A DNA stretch of 64,000 bases, taken from NCBI GenBank assembly GCA_021613535.1, contig CP075492.1, forward strand, positions 17,484,001 to 17,548,000, read 5' to 3'. The position numbers were made by a program, and so were the translations under genes. Shown here piece after piece: positions 40,142 through 53,472 of the stretch. The first letter of the stretch is position 1; each line of letters opens with the position of its first letter. This DNA is from Adineta vaga (lineage: Eukaryota > Animalia > Rotifera). A model generated the notes under the pieces. It saw only the letters and a list, made by a program, of their open reading frames with translations, was not told where the DNA came from and ran no database searches.

Positions 40142-40900
40142 CCCTTTGACTACCAAATTATTTTTTGCTAGATTGAATTAAAGTAATTCATTGAATTAGC
40201 TTATTCTAGGTGTAAGAACATATATCAGACATATCTCGGATGTTCTCGCTGGAGATTTACCAAGCGTAAATTACATTCAACTACACGCTTGATGAAAATT
40301 CTGGTTCTTGAAGTTTATTAATAGCAGAACTTATAAAGTGTTTGCATGAAATAACAAAAAGCAATTTTTGTTTTGTTTTACACAATAAGAAATATCACAA
40401 AAACTGCATTTTATGATACTAAATACTGGACGAGCTTTTGTACTGCAATATTCACATCTTCCTTTAGATTCGTCGACAGGCATATGTGCTAATAATGGAG
40501 TTGACAAAGATTTGTTCTCTGTTGTCATTCGAATTCGTCTTCGCTTTTGAGCAGAGATGTTAATAGGTCTACGTCTTCGTTTTCGAGACATGTAGACTGT
40601 ATGATGTTGTATTTTAGCGCTCTGTTCTTAACTAACAGAAATTATCAAACTTTAATGAGGAAATCAATAAGTAGAAGTTTAAAAAATGATTTATGATATT
40701 TTCTTTCTCATATTATATGATGTTATCTCTAGTGTTTCTTTTTATTATAAAATTATCATATTTTCATAATGGTCGATATGGACATAATGATCATTGTGGA
40801 TCTTTAAGAAAATGATTCAAATTGATTTTCCTATGTTGTGCTTGATTCAACTATTCATGTAAGTTGAAAACATGCTGTTGAATCCCCTTTGAACTAATAT
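40142..40900 (-). mobile_element. piggyBac 3' remnant (terminus plus transposase C-terminal Cys-rich domain)
   Basis: TTAA|CCCTTT terminus at 40138-40147. ORF 40331-40591 ends in RCEYC...KCSFCDISYCVKQNKNCFLLFH, typical of the piggyBac CRD. The upstream boundary is approximate. Confidence 0.8.
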
Positions 40901-41151
40901 TTTAATTTCCAAAAAATATAAATTAAATATTCATAATAATAAAGAAAATGTATGGTGGATACGTTTGTTTTGAATCTGTCCTCGTTTTTCTGGCACACAT
41001 CGGTAATAGTGAAGTTTTGTTTCGAATACGTAAGAAAAGAGAACGTCAAAGTTGGTGATAAATTTTGGTATTTAGATTTTTCGATCTCTAGACGTTTTAA
41101 ACATCGAAATTCAACTATACAAGTAAAACGGTACAATAGAAAAATGTCGAT

Positions 41152-41208
41152 GTGAGTGAAATTATGAGTGATGATATTTGTGACGCTCACCTTCACCCAT
41201 ACCCTCAG
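41152..41208. repeat. Degenerate telomere-like hairpin element
   Basis: GTGAGTG...CTCACCTTCACCCATACCCTCAG. Confidence 0.6.
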
Positions 41209-41344
41209 TATTAACCGGTTTATTTCTCTCTTCATTTTGATAAAACAAAAACCGATGTTCTTATCTAAAACGTGTGACTAAGCAGGAAAAAAAACAGCAC
41301 TTATATATGTGTTGTTATTGTGATTATTATAACATACATTGACA

Positions 41345-42560
41345 ATGAAATTTTTAATTCTTTTATGCGCTTTTCTTATCAGTGGACATTGTTTCCCATC
41401 ATCGAATGAATCTTGGTCTTTATTCAAACGTGTTTTTAAAAAACGATATTCTTCTACTGAAGAAGAAATAAATCGGTTTGTTAAAATTTGAATTCAAAAC
41501 AAAAAAACGATAAATAAATTCTATTCATAGTCGTCAAATTTGGGAAGAAAATGTAGCAATGATTAATAAACATAATCTTGAAGTTGATCTTGGTCTTCAT
41601 AGTTATACACTTGCAATGAATCAATTTGGAGATTTGGTAAATATTTCAAGAAGAAAAAAAAATATATTTTTTATTTTTTTATTCAAAGACCAATGAAGAA
41701 TTTCGAAAACAAATGAATGGATATAAAATATCGTCAGATGATGAAATTAATTCACTCAATTATCAAACATTTTCAACACCAGAAAATTTTGTTTTACCAA
41801 ATGAAGTTGGTAAATAAATTGATATTTCCTTTTTTTGTTTTGAAGTTTGTTTTAATTCAAACAAAAAATAGATTGGCGTACAAAAGGTTATGTAACGTAT
41901 GTAAAAGATCAAGGTCAATGTGGTTCATGTTGGGCTTTTTCAACAACGGGTGCACTTGAAGGACAACATTTTGCAAAAACATCACAACTTATTCCACTTT
42001 CTGAACAAAATTTAGTTGATTGTTCATTACTTAATTTTGGATGTAATGGTGGAAATCAAGATCTTGCATATGATTATATTAAAATGCATCATGGAATTTC
42101 AAGTGAAGAGTCTTATCCATATTTTCCTGAACGTGATATATGTCAATTTAATAAAATACATATTGCTGCTACAATTACGGTAGAAACTTAATTTTAAAAT
42201 GAAACTAAAAAACAATTATTTTGTTTTCTTTTTCAGGGTTATACTCGAGTAAAGAAACATAATGAAACAGATCTTCAGGCTGCTATTGCTACAATTGGTC
42301 CAATAGCAGTTTCAATCGATGCTGGGCAAGGTTCATTTCAATTTTATTCAAGTGGAGTCTATGATGAACCTAATTGTTCGACAAAAAGACTTGATCATGC
42401 TGTCTTAGCAGTTGGATATGGAACATTGAATAACAAAGATTATTATATTGTTAAAAATTCATGGGGTGCCAGTTGGGGAACTCGAGGTTATATACTCATG
42501 AGTCGAAATAAACAAAATCAATGTGGAATTGCTACATCAGCTCTTTATCCATTGGTTTAA
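41345..42560 (+). CDS. CTSL: Cathepsin L-like cysteine protease (prepro), 5 exons; not captured by the ORF track
   Basis: Signal peptide [18 protein letters not shown]-like prodomain, [48 protein letters not shown] introns near 41476, 41637, 41810 and 42180. Confidence 0.93.
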
Positions 42561-42618
42561 AATCATTGTTTTTTTCTAAATAAAATACAATATAATTTGT
42601 CTTTGTTCTTGATTCGTT

Positions 42619-42659
42619 CTGGGTGAAGATTTGGTTAGATATCTGAACCCTCACCCTAG
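42619..42659. repeat. Degenerate telomere-like hairpin element
   Basis: CTGGGTGA...CCCTCACCCTAG, 60 bp after the cathepsin stop. Confidence 0.6.
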
Positions 42660-43641
42660 ATATCAAGGGGGAAACAGCAAATTTCGTACTCTCGGGAATC
42701 CGCCGTTTCTCCCTTGATGTGCATCATAGCAAGGTAAACACTACCAACATTATCGTTCTCTACTTTCTTTGTTGCTTTTTAATGAATATACGCAAACAAA
42801 AACGTATATCTCTCTACACATGCACAAATACTCTACGCGCAATAAAATTATTCAACCATATCTACTTGCTTGGTTTTTTCCAGCATATCATATACGATCG
42901 TATTTACGTTCTTAAACGCCCATAATATCTCTGTATTTCACAGTAGGTAATCGATTTTTTTTGTTCATATAAAGGAACACGGATCTGTGTTTAGTAATGA
43001 GTAGGCTCGTTATGATATCATGGAAATATTTGGCTACTGTATACAACAGAACATATTTAACTTGGGTTATTGTCCCCTACTTTTTTGTGCACTAATTTTG
43101 TTCTTCTTCTTTCTATCAAATTTCTTATTTTATTCATCAGTAATAAAAAAAAGCATGTGATCTATTATTATATATGACTTTCTCTCGAATGACGTTCTAA
43201 TATCCGTTTTTTCGATAGTTTTCATGATTTTTGCTTTACATTTTATATTCGGTGATAGTTTAGAACTATTTCGCTTAACAATCAGCTATTTTAAAGAACA
43301 GACAAACCTTAAAAAAATGAACATATTAACTATTGTTTTATTTTATTATTTTATTGTAAACTTAGAATTATTGAAGCAATATTTAGAAAACGTAAAATGT
43401 TACGACAACAGAATAACCTCGTGTTTTTCTCGGAAAACAGTGAAGACGAAGAAATTTGCAGCCTATCAGTTTTCAGTGAGTTTACTCTACTGTTTCTGTA
43501 CAAAACTCGTTGTTTTCTGGGTCGATTTTTCGTTTAAATTTAACCCTAAAGCTTTAAATGATATATCACACTTTAAAATTAAAGTCAATATCCCACTCAC
43601 AGCCGAAACCAAAACTTTAAAACCAGTTTTGATTTTGGTGC

Positions 43642-46089
43642 ATGTCTAGAAAAGTAGAAGTATATTCCATCTTAGATAATATGGCTACAACTGCTTCACA
43701 AATTATAACATGCGATCGCGAAGTTAAGGAAACATTGAGAAATAGAGAAGACTTCACGCTCGTTTGGCTGGATCAGAACATCAATGATTCGACTGATTCA
43801 AAACACATGCAACGTCTCTTGAAAAATTTCAATTGCTACGTTCAGTTCTATACAGATTCGACTCGATGTACGGATTATCTCAAGTCATTGGAAGAGGAGA
43901 AAGTTTTTATTATTGTTTCTGATGCACTCGCTCGTACTGTTCTTCATCAGTTACAACGACTTCCAGCTATCTCCTCAGTCTTCATATTCTCTGGCAGTCT
44001 CGAAAATGATATTTCACTGAAGGATGAATATTCAAAGATCATTGATGTCACCAGTAATCAGGCTGCTTTATTGCAATCTGTTCAATCTTCTCTTCACACT
44101 GCATATAAACAAAGTTTTGCTTTTAGTCTATTCGATCAGAAACAGAAATCGACGAAAGATTTGTCAAAGAATTCTGCTTCGTTTCTATGGTTTCAATTAT
44201 TGCTCAATGTTCTCCGGCAGATGCCACACGATGACCTCGCCAAGATTCAAATGATTGACTTCTGTAGACAATATTATGCATCGAATGGAAATGAAAGAGA
44301 ACTTTCAAGAATTAACTGTTTCCAAGAGACATATCATCCAGAACGTGCATTTGAGTGGTACACTGCTGACTCTTTCCTTTATCGCTTATTGAATAAAGCT
44401 ATACGTACCGAAGATATGGAACTGTTACACTTATTCCGTTTTTTCATCATTGACTTGTGTAAAAACTTGGAAGAGGAACACAAGAAATTGGACCAGTCGA
44501 AAACATTAACACTCTATCGTGGACAACAGTTACCAGTCGATGAGCTAAAGAGACTTAATGAAAATGTCGATTCTCTGATTTCTATAAACGGCTTTTTCTC
44601 TACTTCAAAAAGTATCGACACTGCATTAATTTTTGCTGGAGCAGACAATGATGAGTTAAAAAGTGTTCTGTTTGAAATCAAAGCAGATCCTTGTTTGGAG
44701 ACAGTTATATTTGCTGATATCGATAAGTACAGTGCAATGAGAGGTGAAGAAGAAGTACTGTTCAGCCTTGGAGCTGTGTTCAAAATTGAATCTATTGAAT
44801 TTGATGACAATCACAGACTATGGCTGGTGAAAATGACAGCTACCGATGAGGCGTCTGCTACTGTTCAAGAGTATCTTAAATTACAAAAAGAACAAATAGA
44901 AGATGGTAATTTAAGTCCAATAATCTTGTTTGGAGCACTACTATGGGGAGATATGGGTGAAGCGGATAAAGCTGAGAAGTATTTCAATTTACTGTTGAAA
45001 ATTTTACCAGAGGATCATGAAGACATTGATTCTGTTTACAACAATTTAGGCTTGATATATACTTTGAAAGGTCAACATAATTTGTCTTCAAAATTTTGTG
45101 AACGAGCATACGATATACAAAAACAACGTCTTCACTCAGATCCTCGTCTTATTGATTCTTCCTTGACAAATATTGGCATCACCTATCTGTATAAGGGTGA
45201 TTTTGATCTTGCTCTCGACTATTTTAATCAATCATTGACAATGAAAAAAAAACTATATCCTAATGGTCATGCTGAAGAAGCATGCGGCGTTCACAATATT
45301 GGGGTTACACATGCAGCAAAGAAAGATTATGCAGATGCATTAAAATGGATTACAAGAGCCTATGAAATGTATAAACTAGTATTACCACAAGAACATCCTC
45401 TTATTGCAAAGTCTTTATGGAATTTTGCTCTTATTTACAAGGACCAAGAAGATTATGACCGTGCACTTGAATACTATCACAAGAAGTATGAAGTGGATCA
45501 AAAAGTTTATATAAATGATCATCCAGAGCTAAATCGAGATTTATGTGGTATTGCAGAAATCTATAAAAAGAAGGGCGATATAGAAGAAGGTTTACGTTTT
45601 TGTCAAAATCAGCTGGAAATTCAAAAAGCTTTGTTAGGAGAGATTCATCCAAGAATTGCATATACGATGAAAACTATTGGTGATTTAATAAATGACCGAG
45701 ATGATGCATTAAACTATTATCAACAAGCTTTGGATGTATTATGTAATTTTAATCCATTAGATAACACCGCTAAAATCGTATGTCTTGAGAGCATAAGTAA
45801 TCTATACTTTCAAGATGAATTATACGAAGATGCACTGAAGTTTCGATTAGATATTTTTGAATTACAAACTGAAATACTTCCATCTCAGCACATTGATTCA
45901 GCTCACTCGTTGTATTGGCTAGGCTCTATTGAGTTTAAATTGGAGCATATTCAGTTATCTTTAAAGTATTTGGAGAAAAGCTTGGAGATTTACAACGCTA
46001 ATTATTCGTCGGACCATGAAAAAATCAAGGAAGTACAAGATCTATTGAAACAAGTCAAGCACGGAAAATCTGCGAATGAAGATGAATGA
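43642..46089 (+). CDS. ADP-ribosyltransferase (R-S-E clade) plus TPR-repeat protein, intronless
   Basis: LVWLDQ N-terminal domain, WYTADSFLYRLLNKA, LYRGQ, FFSTS, EEEVLF, then kinesin-light-chain-like TPRs (YNNLG, TNIG, HPRIA). Confidence 0.9.
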   Translation: MSRKVEVYSILDNMATTASQIITCDREVKETLRNREDFTLVWLDQNINDSTDSKHMQRLLKNFNCYVQFYTDSTRCTDYLKSLEEEKVFIIVSDALARTVLHQLQRLPAISSVFIFSGSLENDISLKDEYSKIIDVTSNQAALLQSVQSSLHTAYKQSFAFSLFDQKQKSTKDLSKNSASFLWFQLLLNVLRQMPHDDLAKIQMIDFCRQYYASNGNERELSRINCFQETYHPERAFEWYTADSFLYRLLNKAIRTEDMELLHLFRFFIIDLCKNLEEEHKKLDQSKTLTLYRGQQLPVDELKRLNENVDSLISINGFFSTSKSIDTALIFAGADNDELKSVLFEIKADPCLETVIFADIDKYSAMRGEEEVLFSLGAVFKIESIEFDDNHRLWLVKMTATDEASATVQEYLKLQKEQIEDGNLSPIILFGALLWGDMGEADKAEKYFNLLLKILPEDHEDIDSVYNNLGLIYTLKGQHNLSSKFCERAYDIQKQRLHSDPRLIDSSLTNIGITYLYKGDFDLALDYFNQSLTMKKKLYPNGHAEEACGVHNIGVTHAAKKDYADALKWITRAYEMYKLVLPQEHPLIAKSLWNFALIYKDQEDYDRALEYYHKKYEVDQKVYINDHPELNRDLCGIAEIYKKKGDIEEGLRFCQNQLEIQKALLGEIHPRIAYTMKTIGDLINDRDDALNYYQQALDVLCNFNPLDNTAKIVCLESISNLYFQDELYEDALKFRLDIFELQTEILPSQHIDSAHSLYWLGSIEFKLEHIQLSLKYLEKSLEIYNANYSSDHEKIKEVQDLLKQVKHGKSANEDE

Positions 46090-46152
46090 AATGACTAAAA
46101 TTGTAGTTTCTCTTACCCTTAAGAATAATCAGTTATGTGCTATTCTATAACA

Positions 46153-46224
46153 GGTGAGGAAAAGGGAAAAGAAGTGTGAATGAGCAATAAAAGATAGACT
46201 TGACTCAACTCCCACGCCCTCAAG
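46153..46224. repeat. Degenerate telomere-like hairpin element
   Basis: GGTGAGG...CCCACGCCCTCAAG. Confidence 0.55.
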
Positions 46225-46397
46225 AAGAACGTTCAAATTACTATTTAAATGTTAGCGCGAATTTGCGTTTTTTCTAATTTTCAAAACACTTTGACATCAG
46301 AAGATAAAAGTGTCGTCATGAAATAAAGAGAAAAAAATTAATTCACTCAAACAATTGTTTTTCTCTTACTAATGAGTCGATTATTCCTGTCCACATT

Positions 46398-46480
46398 TTG
46401 GGGGTGGGTGGTTGAGGGTGTGGGTCAGGCTATACTCTTAACCCACTCCTACCCTCACCCTCATCTACAACCACCCTCAA
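46398..46480. repeat. Telomere-like inverted-repeat hairpin element (double-armed)
   Basis: TTGGGGGTGGGTGGTTGAGGGTGTGGGT...ACCCACTCCTACCCTCACCCTC...CCACCCTCAA. Confidence 0.85.
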
Positions 46481-46532
46481 ATGATATCTGTATGACAATG
46501 TCACTGATAGGTTTTTGGTTCGAATGTTTGGA

Positions 46533-49500
46533 TTAATGTAAAATATTACGACAACTTGTTAATAATATTTTAGTTATTTTGACAAGATAAGGTACAATAA
46601 AATGAATTGCAAGTGATAAACCGGCATATACACTAAGAAATGTTGTTAATATTTCCAATAAATTAAATCGTTGATAATATACATATGTACAATATCTTGG
46701 TAGACAATTATTAAAATATCTTTCATAAGAAATACTGCGAGTCCACGATTCGATAAATAGTTCATATGTCATGTTCTCGATAGTGCTATTAACAGAAAAT
46801 CGTGTTTTTGTTCGATTCAATACAGAAAAGGTCTTCGGTAGGGACGGAGGTCCTTTATCTATGTCATCTCGAATAATACGAACACATGATGTTGAATAAA
46901 AACGTGATAAAGATGACAAGAGTGTTGTTTCAAGCTGATCACAACCAGTTACTATACCACTAATAATATGTGCGCTGTTCTGAAGGAAAGCCTGTCGTGG
47001 TCTGGTACATTTTCGCATTGTAATACATGAACAATTTGTATTCTTTTGTGACTTGTAAATAGTTGAAGGTACACTATAAAAAGTAGCATTGTTTCCTTTA
47101 CCTTCATTAGATGCATGTAAATTCCAAGTTTGTGAAGATACACGTAGTAAAGAATTTCCTTGTGTAATAGAACGAACAAGATTTAGAAGTTGGGCAAAAT
47201 CAGTTTTAGTTTTTCTTTCAAATTGATTTAATGTTTCATCAATTTCGATCATAAATGGATTGCGAGATAATAATTGATTGGTGAACATGGTCGACGTAAT
47301 AAATATATTATTACTGTTTTCAGTATGAGTCTTTACTAATGAACAAAGTTTATCGAAAGATTCATAAAAAGGTTCAAACCACAACGAAAATCTTTCTCGA
47401 CCATCATTGCTGATTGCACCAAACGACATTCCTACAAATAAAAATATTGTAATGATCTAAATATAGTTTATCGTTTTTATCGAACTATATTGTTATATTA
47501 TAGTGGGCACGTCAATTATTTCAATACATTCGCACGCTAGTTTTAGTTCAAAGTCTAGCTCTCTTTCATGAATTTTATCATTACGTTTAGACTGCAAACG
47601 TTTTACTTACCTGCAGCTGTCATGGAATATAATCTTTTAAAATTACATGCTTCATGATACGATGTTACTTGTAGTTCAGTAATAAATTCATTATAAGGAA
47701 TAGTAACATGTGTACATGGACAATTAAGATTATCAGAATAACGACTTAATAATTGCTCATAATCATCTATCGATGGTGAATAATGTGTCTTGCTAATACG
47801 ATGTTCGATGAAAGCCGTACGAAAGAGTATAATACCAAGAACTATTATGTATAGAAAAAGATAAATACGAGTGTAAATCTTTCGTTGATGTAAATTTTCT
47901 TCATCAGTTATTTCTGTTTGATAAACATTGAGATTTCGAATTTTTTGATAAAAACTATGCAGAAAATGTATCGAACGATTTTGGATTGTACTTGATCCTA
48001 GAAAGCATCATCATTAAATCAACATAAGTTAGATCTATTAGTTTGTTTTTTTTACCTTGTCGAGTGTTTCGATTTTTCCATCGACCAAAAAGAATGATCA
48101 AGATTTTACCCAAAAGTGGGACAAGTAGCTGAAGACCTTGATTAAGACCACTACATGTTGAAATAATTAAAAACAATATGACAATATAATTACGACATTG
48201 AACAATTGTATATGAACAAAAGCTAGGTGCACATTTATTATAAAACCTATCGAAATAGATATCATTGTTGGTAATATTTTCGAGTAGCATTTCATCAAGT
48301 AAAGTTTCTGTGTTTAGGTTTTGAAATCGAGTCCATATAGATGCATTAAGAGGTTTAATAGTTGGCACAGGTCGATCATGAATAACTTCTAGATAAGTTT
48401 CTTGAATAGGTTTTACATAAACAGGATTGTACCACCAGTGTGTCGTTGAAGGAAGAAAACTACGTAAAGATGAACAACTAAAATATAACACTTCAAGATA
48501 TAAATAAATTCTATCAACATATCCATCTGATGTATTTGAATATAACTCAGGAGTTGCTATGCATGAATCTGCAAAGGATCCACAACTACAGCTTGATTTA
48601 ACAAAGATACTGCTATCAGGATATGCGTCAATATCTTGTATTTGGTAAATTCAACAGTTATTTGCCTTGAGTTATCTACAGTTAAAATCACATTAGTATT
48701 TTGTCCGTGAAAGTAAAAACTAGTCGTAAAAATAAGATAGAGAGCAGTTAAAGTGTGTACAAAAGCGTTGCGTGTTGAACGAATGAATGAATCCATCATA
48801 GCTTTCGACTGTTGCATGAAACGTGATGATGGAGGTACACGATCAATGATAAATTCAGTATTCAGAAAAACATCTAGTGCATCTACAATGTTCATTTCGA
48901 CTAATTCACAAAAAGTAGATAAAAGTTGAAAATAAGAAACACCAATTCGACGAAAATCGCCTCCAAATCCACTCGTGTACGGTAGTGATAGATGAGCTGG
49001 ATCAAACGCTATTATATAATTCAACCATTCGCGTGAGACAAAGTCACTTGAACAAACTTGATGTAATAGAAATGTTACGTTAAGAAAAGTTTTGTAAGGA
49101 ACAAATATTTGTGAACAAGGACAATATAATGCTTCACCATGTTCACTATATAATTCTTCATAAGTACTGAGGGAAGGATGTGGAACTGTAATTATTTGAG
49201 GTTCTTCAACAATAATGTGATAAAATCCAATAGCGATTGATGAAAAAATAATGAGTAAAATAAAGACTCGTGTCATAAGTTGTTGACGAGAAATATCGAT
49301 AGGTGAACATTGTCTTTTTTTTTCAAAAAAATTCAAAGAAAAAAATGATGTACATAAGCGATCTAACAACATTCGACAGTAATTTCGTGTACCTTTAATT
49401 AACAATGAAACAATGAATAAGATCGCATGACATACAAATCTAACTTACTTCGATTTTGCTTTGATAAAGCTGAATCTATTATATTTTCTTCTGGTAATAT

Positions 49501-50675
49501 TCGATTTTTTCGACGTAAGATAAATTTTGCAATAAAAGGAACAATGAATCGTAAAATGAATGACAATATTCCAATAACACCAGTAACAGTTGTGAAAATA
49601 AAAAAGACATCAAAACGATGTGAATATGAATAGGAACACAAAGCACTATTGCATTCAGTAAAATATAAATCAAATCGATTGATAAGCGTTGTTTCATCAA
49701 TCATTAATTCATTCCAAATCGATTGTATTGTTGAATTGATCGAGAAATATTTATTTAAGTTATTCGCTAATGGTTGAATTGTTTTTGTTAATTGTCCATG
49801 TAAAAGTGAAATACATGATTGATTATAATAACATTCAAGTGTTGATGCTAATGTTCCATCAACAATTAAACAATCGATGATTATTCCTGGAATTGTTATT
49901 AAATGACTTGAATTATCGAATATTGTTGCAGGACGTGGACAACCGTGAGTATTCAAACAAGTACAATTATCAAATTTTCGAGCTGTCATTCTTGGAGGTT
50001 CTGATGTTCCTAAATGCTCTGGTGGATAACGTAAATAATAATTTGTTTGTAGAGCAGATACAACATGATTTGCTTTTGTTATACTCTGAAGAGCATATAA
50101 ATTACGGATTAATGTTGTTTTTGAGTGAATAATTTGATTTCGTAAACCTTCTTCGATTTGTTTTTGAATAATTTCTTCTGAAACTAATGTCGGAGTAATA
50201 ATACGTGTTGATCGAAAACTTTCAAAAACATTATTCCAACTTATATTACTTGTCATACATAAATTAGAAATAGTTTGCCAAAAAAAACTAAGAAAAATAC
50301 GAAAATCATTGATTGATTCAGATGAACTGTTTTGATTCATAAATAATCTGTCAAGCCATATTTGTTTAATGAATTCATGTGAACAAATTTGATGAAATTT
50401 AACTTGAGGAGTAACGAATTTATCGTAACTAATAGCAAATTTTGAACATGGACAATTGAGAGTTGTTGGATAATGATGATTTAATTGTGAAAATCTTTTA
50501 TATGAAGGATTATATTCAACTTTTTCAACAGTTCTCACGATATACATAAAATAATCAAATACATACGAGTAGAAAGACGTTCTTCTTCTAAACTTTGTTC
50601 ATTACTTGAAGATTTTTTAAAAAGATTCAAATTGAGTAATGATTGCCATAAACGATTCACTAAATTGCGAACCAT
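46533..50675 (-). pseudogene. Large membrane protein made of three tandem TM-ectodomain-TM units, frameshifted
   Basis: Each unit has LNxF..., TR(M/V/I)(Y/F), a TM, LxCPC, a Cys-rich ectodomain, C..C.Y and a TM ending (F/L)(I/L)VP. Frameshifts or deletions lie near 50550 and 48500-48600. Confidence 0.7.
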
Positions 50676-51412
50676 TTTACTTATAGTGTTAAAAAGATTT
50701 CTGCTGGATTCAAATATGAACTTTATTTTTTATGAAAAGATGATCGATAAGAAGAATGAATATTTTTTCCAGAATAAACGATTTATGACAGCTTTGTCTA
50801 CGTGATTTTTCTGTCTTTTTCTTTTTTGTTCATATATCTCTGTCAAGGCTTTTGAATATTCCAGTTGCAGATGATAAGTTAGAATTTGTTAAGTAAAATC
50901 TCATATATTTTATTTCTGAGATATGTCTTTCCATGTATTAATATGAATCCATCAAAAATAATTAGATTTATGTTTTCAAACATATTTTAATTAGCAAAAT
51001 TTTTAACTAATCTTTTGTTGAATTTCATTGTACTTCTTGAAACATAAATTACAGAATAGATGATTGACGATAGTGATATAATAAAATATTTAAGATTCCT
51101 TTGGTATTTATTTTTGTTCAGTTGATAGATGTATAATAAGCGAATTTGTCATAAATGAATCGATATAAATGAAAGAAAGAAAACGAATGTCTTAGAAGTG
51201 CATCTTGAGGCTGTGGATGATAGAAAACATGTATCACAAAATAAACGTTCCTGATAATAAAAATTTTGAATAATATGAGACAAAATGCAGAAATTAATTA
51301 AAATCGATTTTTGTATAATTCTTTCTTTTATAACTGTAATTGTATTTTAATCTCTTCATCAACAATAAAAATATATTAATCCCTTAAATGCTAAGGTTTT
51401 TGTTGAAAAATC

Positions 51413-52183
51413 ATGACAATAAAAGAACATTTCGATATTTTTGAGACGATGATGATGATGAATCAATGGATTTTATTTTATCTTTTTTTCTCAATGAATT
51501 TATATCAATTGGTTAATTGCAAAAAACCAATTGCATTGATCTATCGAGGTCCTGCTACTTGTAAAGGTTGTTCAGAATCTGTTGGAGAACTTCTACAAGA
51601 TAAATATAAAATTATTTATGCTGGACCAAAAGAAAAAGTCGATGTTGATGCAACATCCTTATCGACAGCAAAATTGTATGTTCAACCTGGTGGTGGTGAT
51701 CTTGATGTAGCTTGGCCACATGTTCGTCAATATGCATCATCAATTCGTAAATATGTGAAGAAAGGTGGAAGATATCTTGGTATTTGTCTTGGTGGTTATT
51801 TAGCTGGAACTAAACCAGGCTATGATCTTCTACCAGGTTCTGGACAAACAGATCAATATATAACGTCAAAAGGTGCTGTCGTTACTTCTGAAATTGATAC
51901 TGTTGTTCCACTTATTTGGCGAGGAAAATTACGACATGTATATTTTCAAGATGGAGCTCGTTTTGATCTTGATAAAAAAGCAGCACCAACTAAAGTTTTA
52001 GCAACATATACAAATGGAAAAATTGCTGCTGCAGTACAAGACGTTGATCAAGGACGTGTAGGTATGGTTGGACCACATCCTGAAGCTGATCAAGAATGGT
52101 TTGATATGTATAAACTCAAAAATCCTGATGGCAAAATGAGTTTTGATCTTTTTTATGATCTTGTCGACACATTAATGAGTTAA
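51413..52183 (+). CDS. BPL_N-like class I glutamine amidotransferase-fold protein with a signal peptide, intronless
   Basis: ALIYRGP, LYVQPGGG, GGRYLGICLGGYLAG (nucleophile Cys), YFQDG, GPHPEA (His-x-Glu). The true start is probably among the Mets at 51449-51458. Confidence 0.8.
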   Translation: MTIKEHFDIFETMMMMNQWILFYLFFSMNLYQLVNCKKPIALIYRGPATCKGCSESVGELLQDKYKIIYAGPKEKVDVDATSLSTAKLYVQPGGGDLDVAWPHVRQYASSIRKYVKKGGRYLGICLGGYLAGTKPGYDLLPGSGQTDQYITSKGAVVTSEIDTVVPLIWRGKLRHVYFQDGARFDLDKKAAPTKVLATYTNGKIAAAVQDVDQGRVGMVGPHPEADQEWFDMYKLKNPDGKMSFDLFYDLVDTLMS

Positions 52184-52440
52184 AAATAGAACAAGATTTA
52201 AATCAATAAAAGGTTCTGAATTGATAATTATCAGATGAGATAAATGAATTCTTCCAGAATGAGACTCATGTGTCAATATGTTAGCCACACTCACACCCAT
52301 CAGGCAATGAGATTTCTATCACTATGAAGCAAAACGAACGTTTTTTTCCCTCTGTTCTCTTTCATCTTATACAGCCACGTGTTCTTATCTTATCGATGTA
52401 TGCGTAAGAATGCTATGATTTATTTTACATATTCTATCAA

Positions 52441-53472
52441 GAACAACGCATTACAATCAATGAGAATTATAATGAAGATTCTCATCCACAGATGGTTGCA
52501 GTAAATTCTATAATAAAATATATTCATGAAGCAATCAATGTTCTTCATATTAAGAATTCATCACCTCCTTACATCATTAGTGATTTTGGTTCTGCTCTTG
52601 GACGTAATTCAATCTATGTTATTAAAACAACTATTAAATATTTAAAAGAAACCAATAAAATAAAAGATGAAAATGAAATTCTTATTATTCACAATGATTT
52701 ACCTACAAATGATTGGTAAACACTTTTTCATCTTATCAATAGTGATCAATCGTATTATGGTATAGCAAATGGTCGATCTTTCTATGAATCATGTCTTTCA
52801 TCCAATTCACTTCTAATTGGTTATTCATCTACTTCACTTCATTGGCTTTCACATAAACCATGTAATATTTCAAATCATTGTGCATCTCTATTTGCTCAAG
52901 GTGATGAATTGAAAGCATTTCAAGAACAAGCTCGTCTTGATTTCAATCATTTTCTTGAATATCGATCTAATGAATTGATTTCAGGTGGTGTCCTTATTTT
53001 ATTAATTCCATGTGTCGATGATCATGGTTCCAATGGTTTCGATATTTTGAGAGAAATTCTTTATAAATGTGCTCAACTTTGTCTTACTGCACAAGAATTA
53101 CTTGAATATACTTTTCCAATCCATGCTCGTTCATATGCTGAATGTGTGGATATACAACTCTTTGATCGTTTTTCTTTCGAATTAATTAAATCAGAATTTA
53201 ACTCAGTTCAAATGCCTTTTATTCAACAATGGCAAAATAAAGAAATAACACAAGATGAATTTATCAAATTGATAGTATCCTATGTTCGAAGTTGGTCGGA
53301 ATCAATTCTTAAACAAACACTAATGACAAGTAATCGATCAAGAGAAGAAATTGAACAAATACAAAGTCAATTTTGGTCATTGTATAGCGATGAACTACGA
53401 AAAGAATTTAATCAATTATTAGATATGCATATGAATTTTACTTATTTAATTTTAAAGAAAAAAAATGATTAA
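52441..53472 (+). pseudogene. SABATH-family (Methyltransf_7) SAM-dependent carboxyl methyltransferase with one in-frame stop
   Basis: ISDFGSALGRNS, HNDLPTNDW*, GRSFYE, YSSTSLHWLS, RSNELISGGVL, YVRSWSES are all in one frame, with TAA at 52717-52719. The start is uncertain. Confidence 0.85.
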
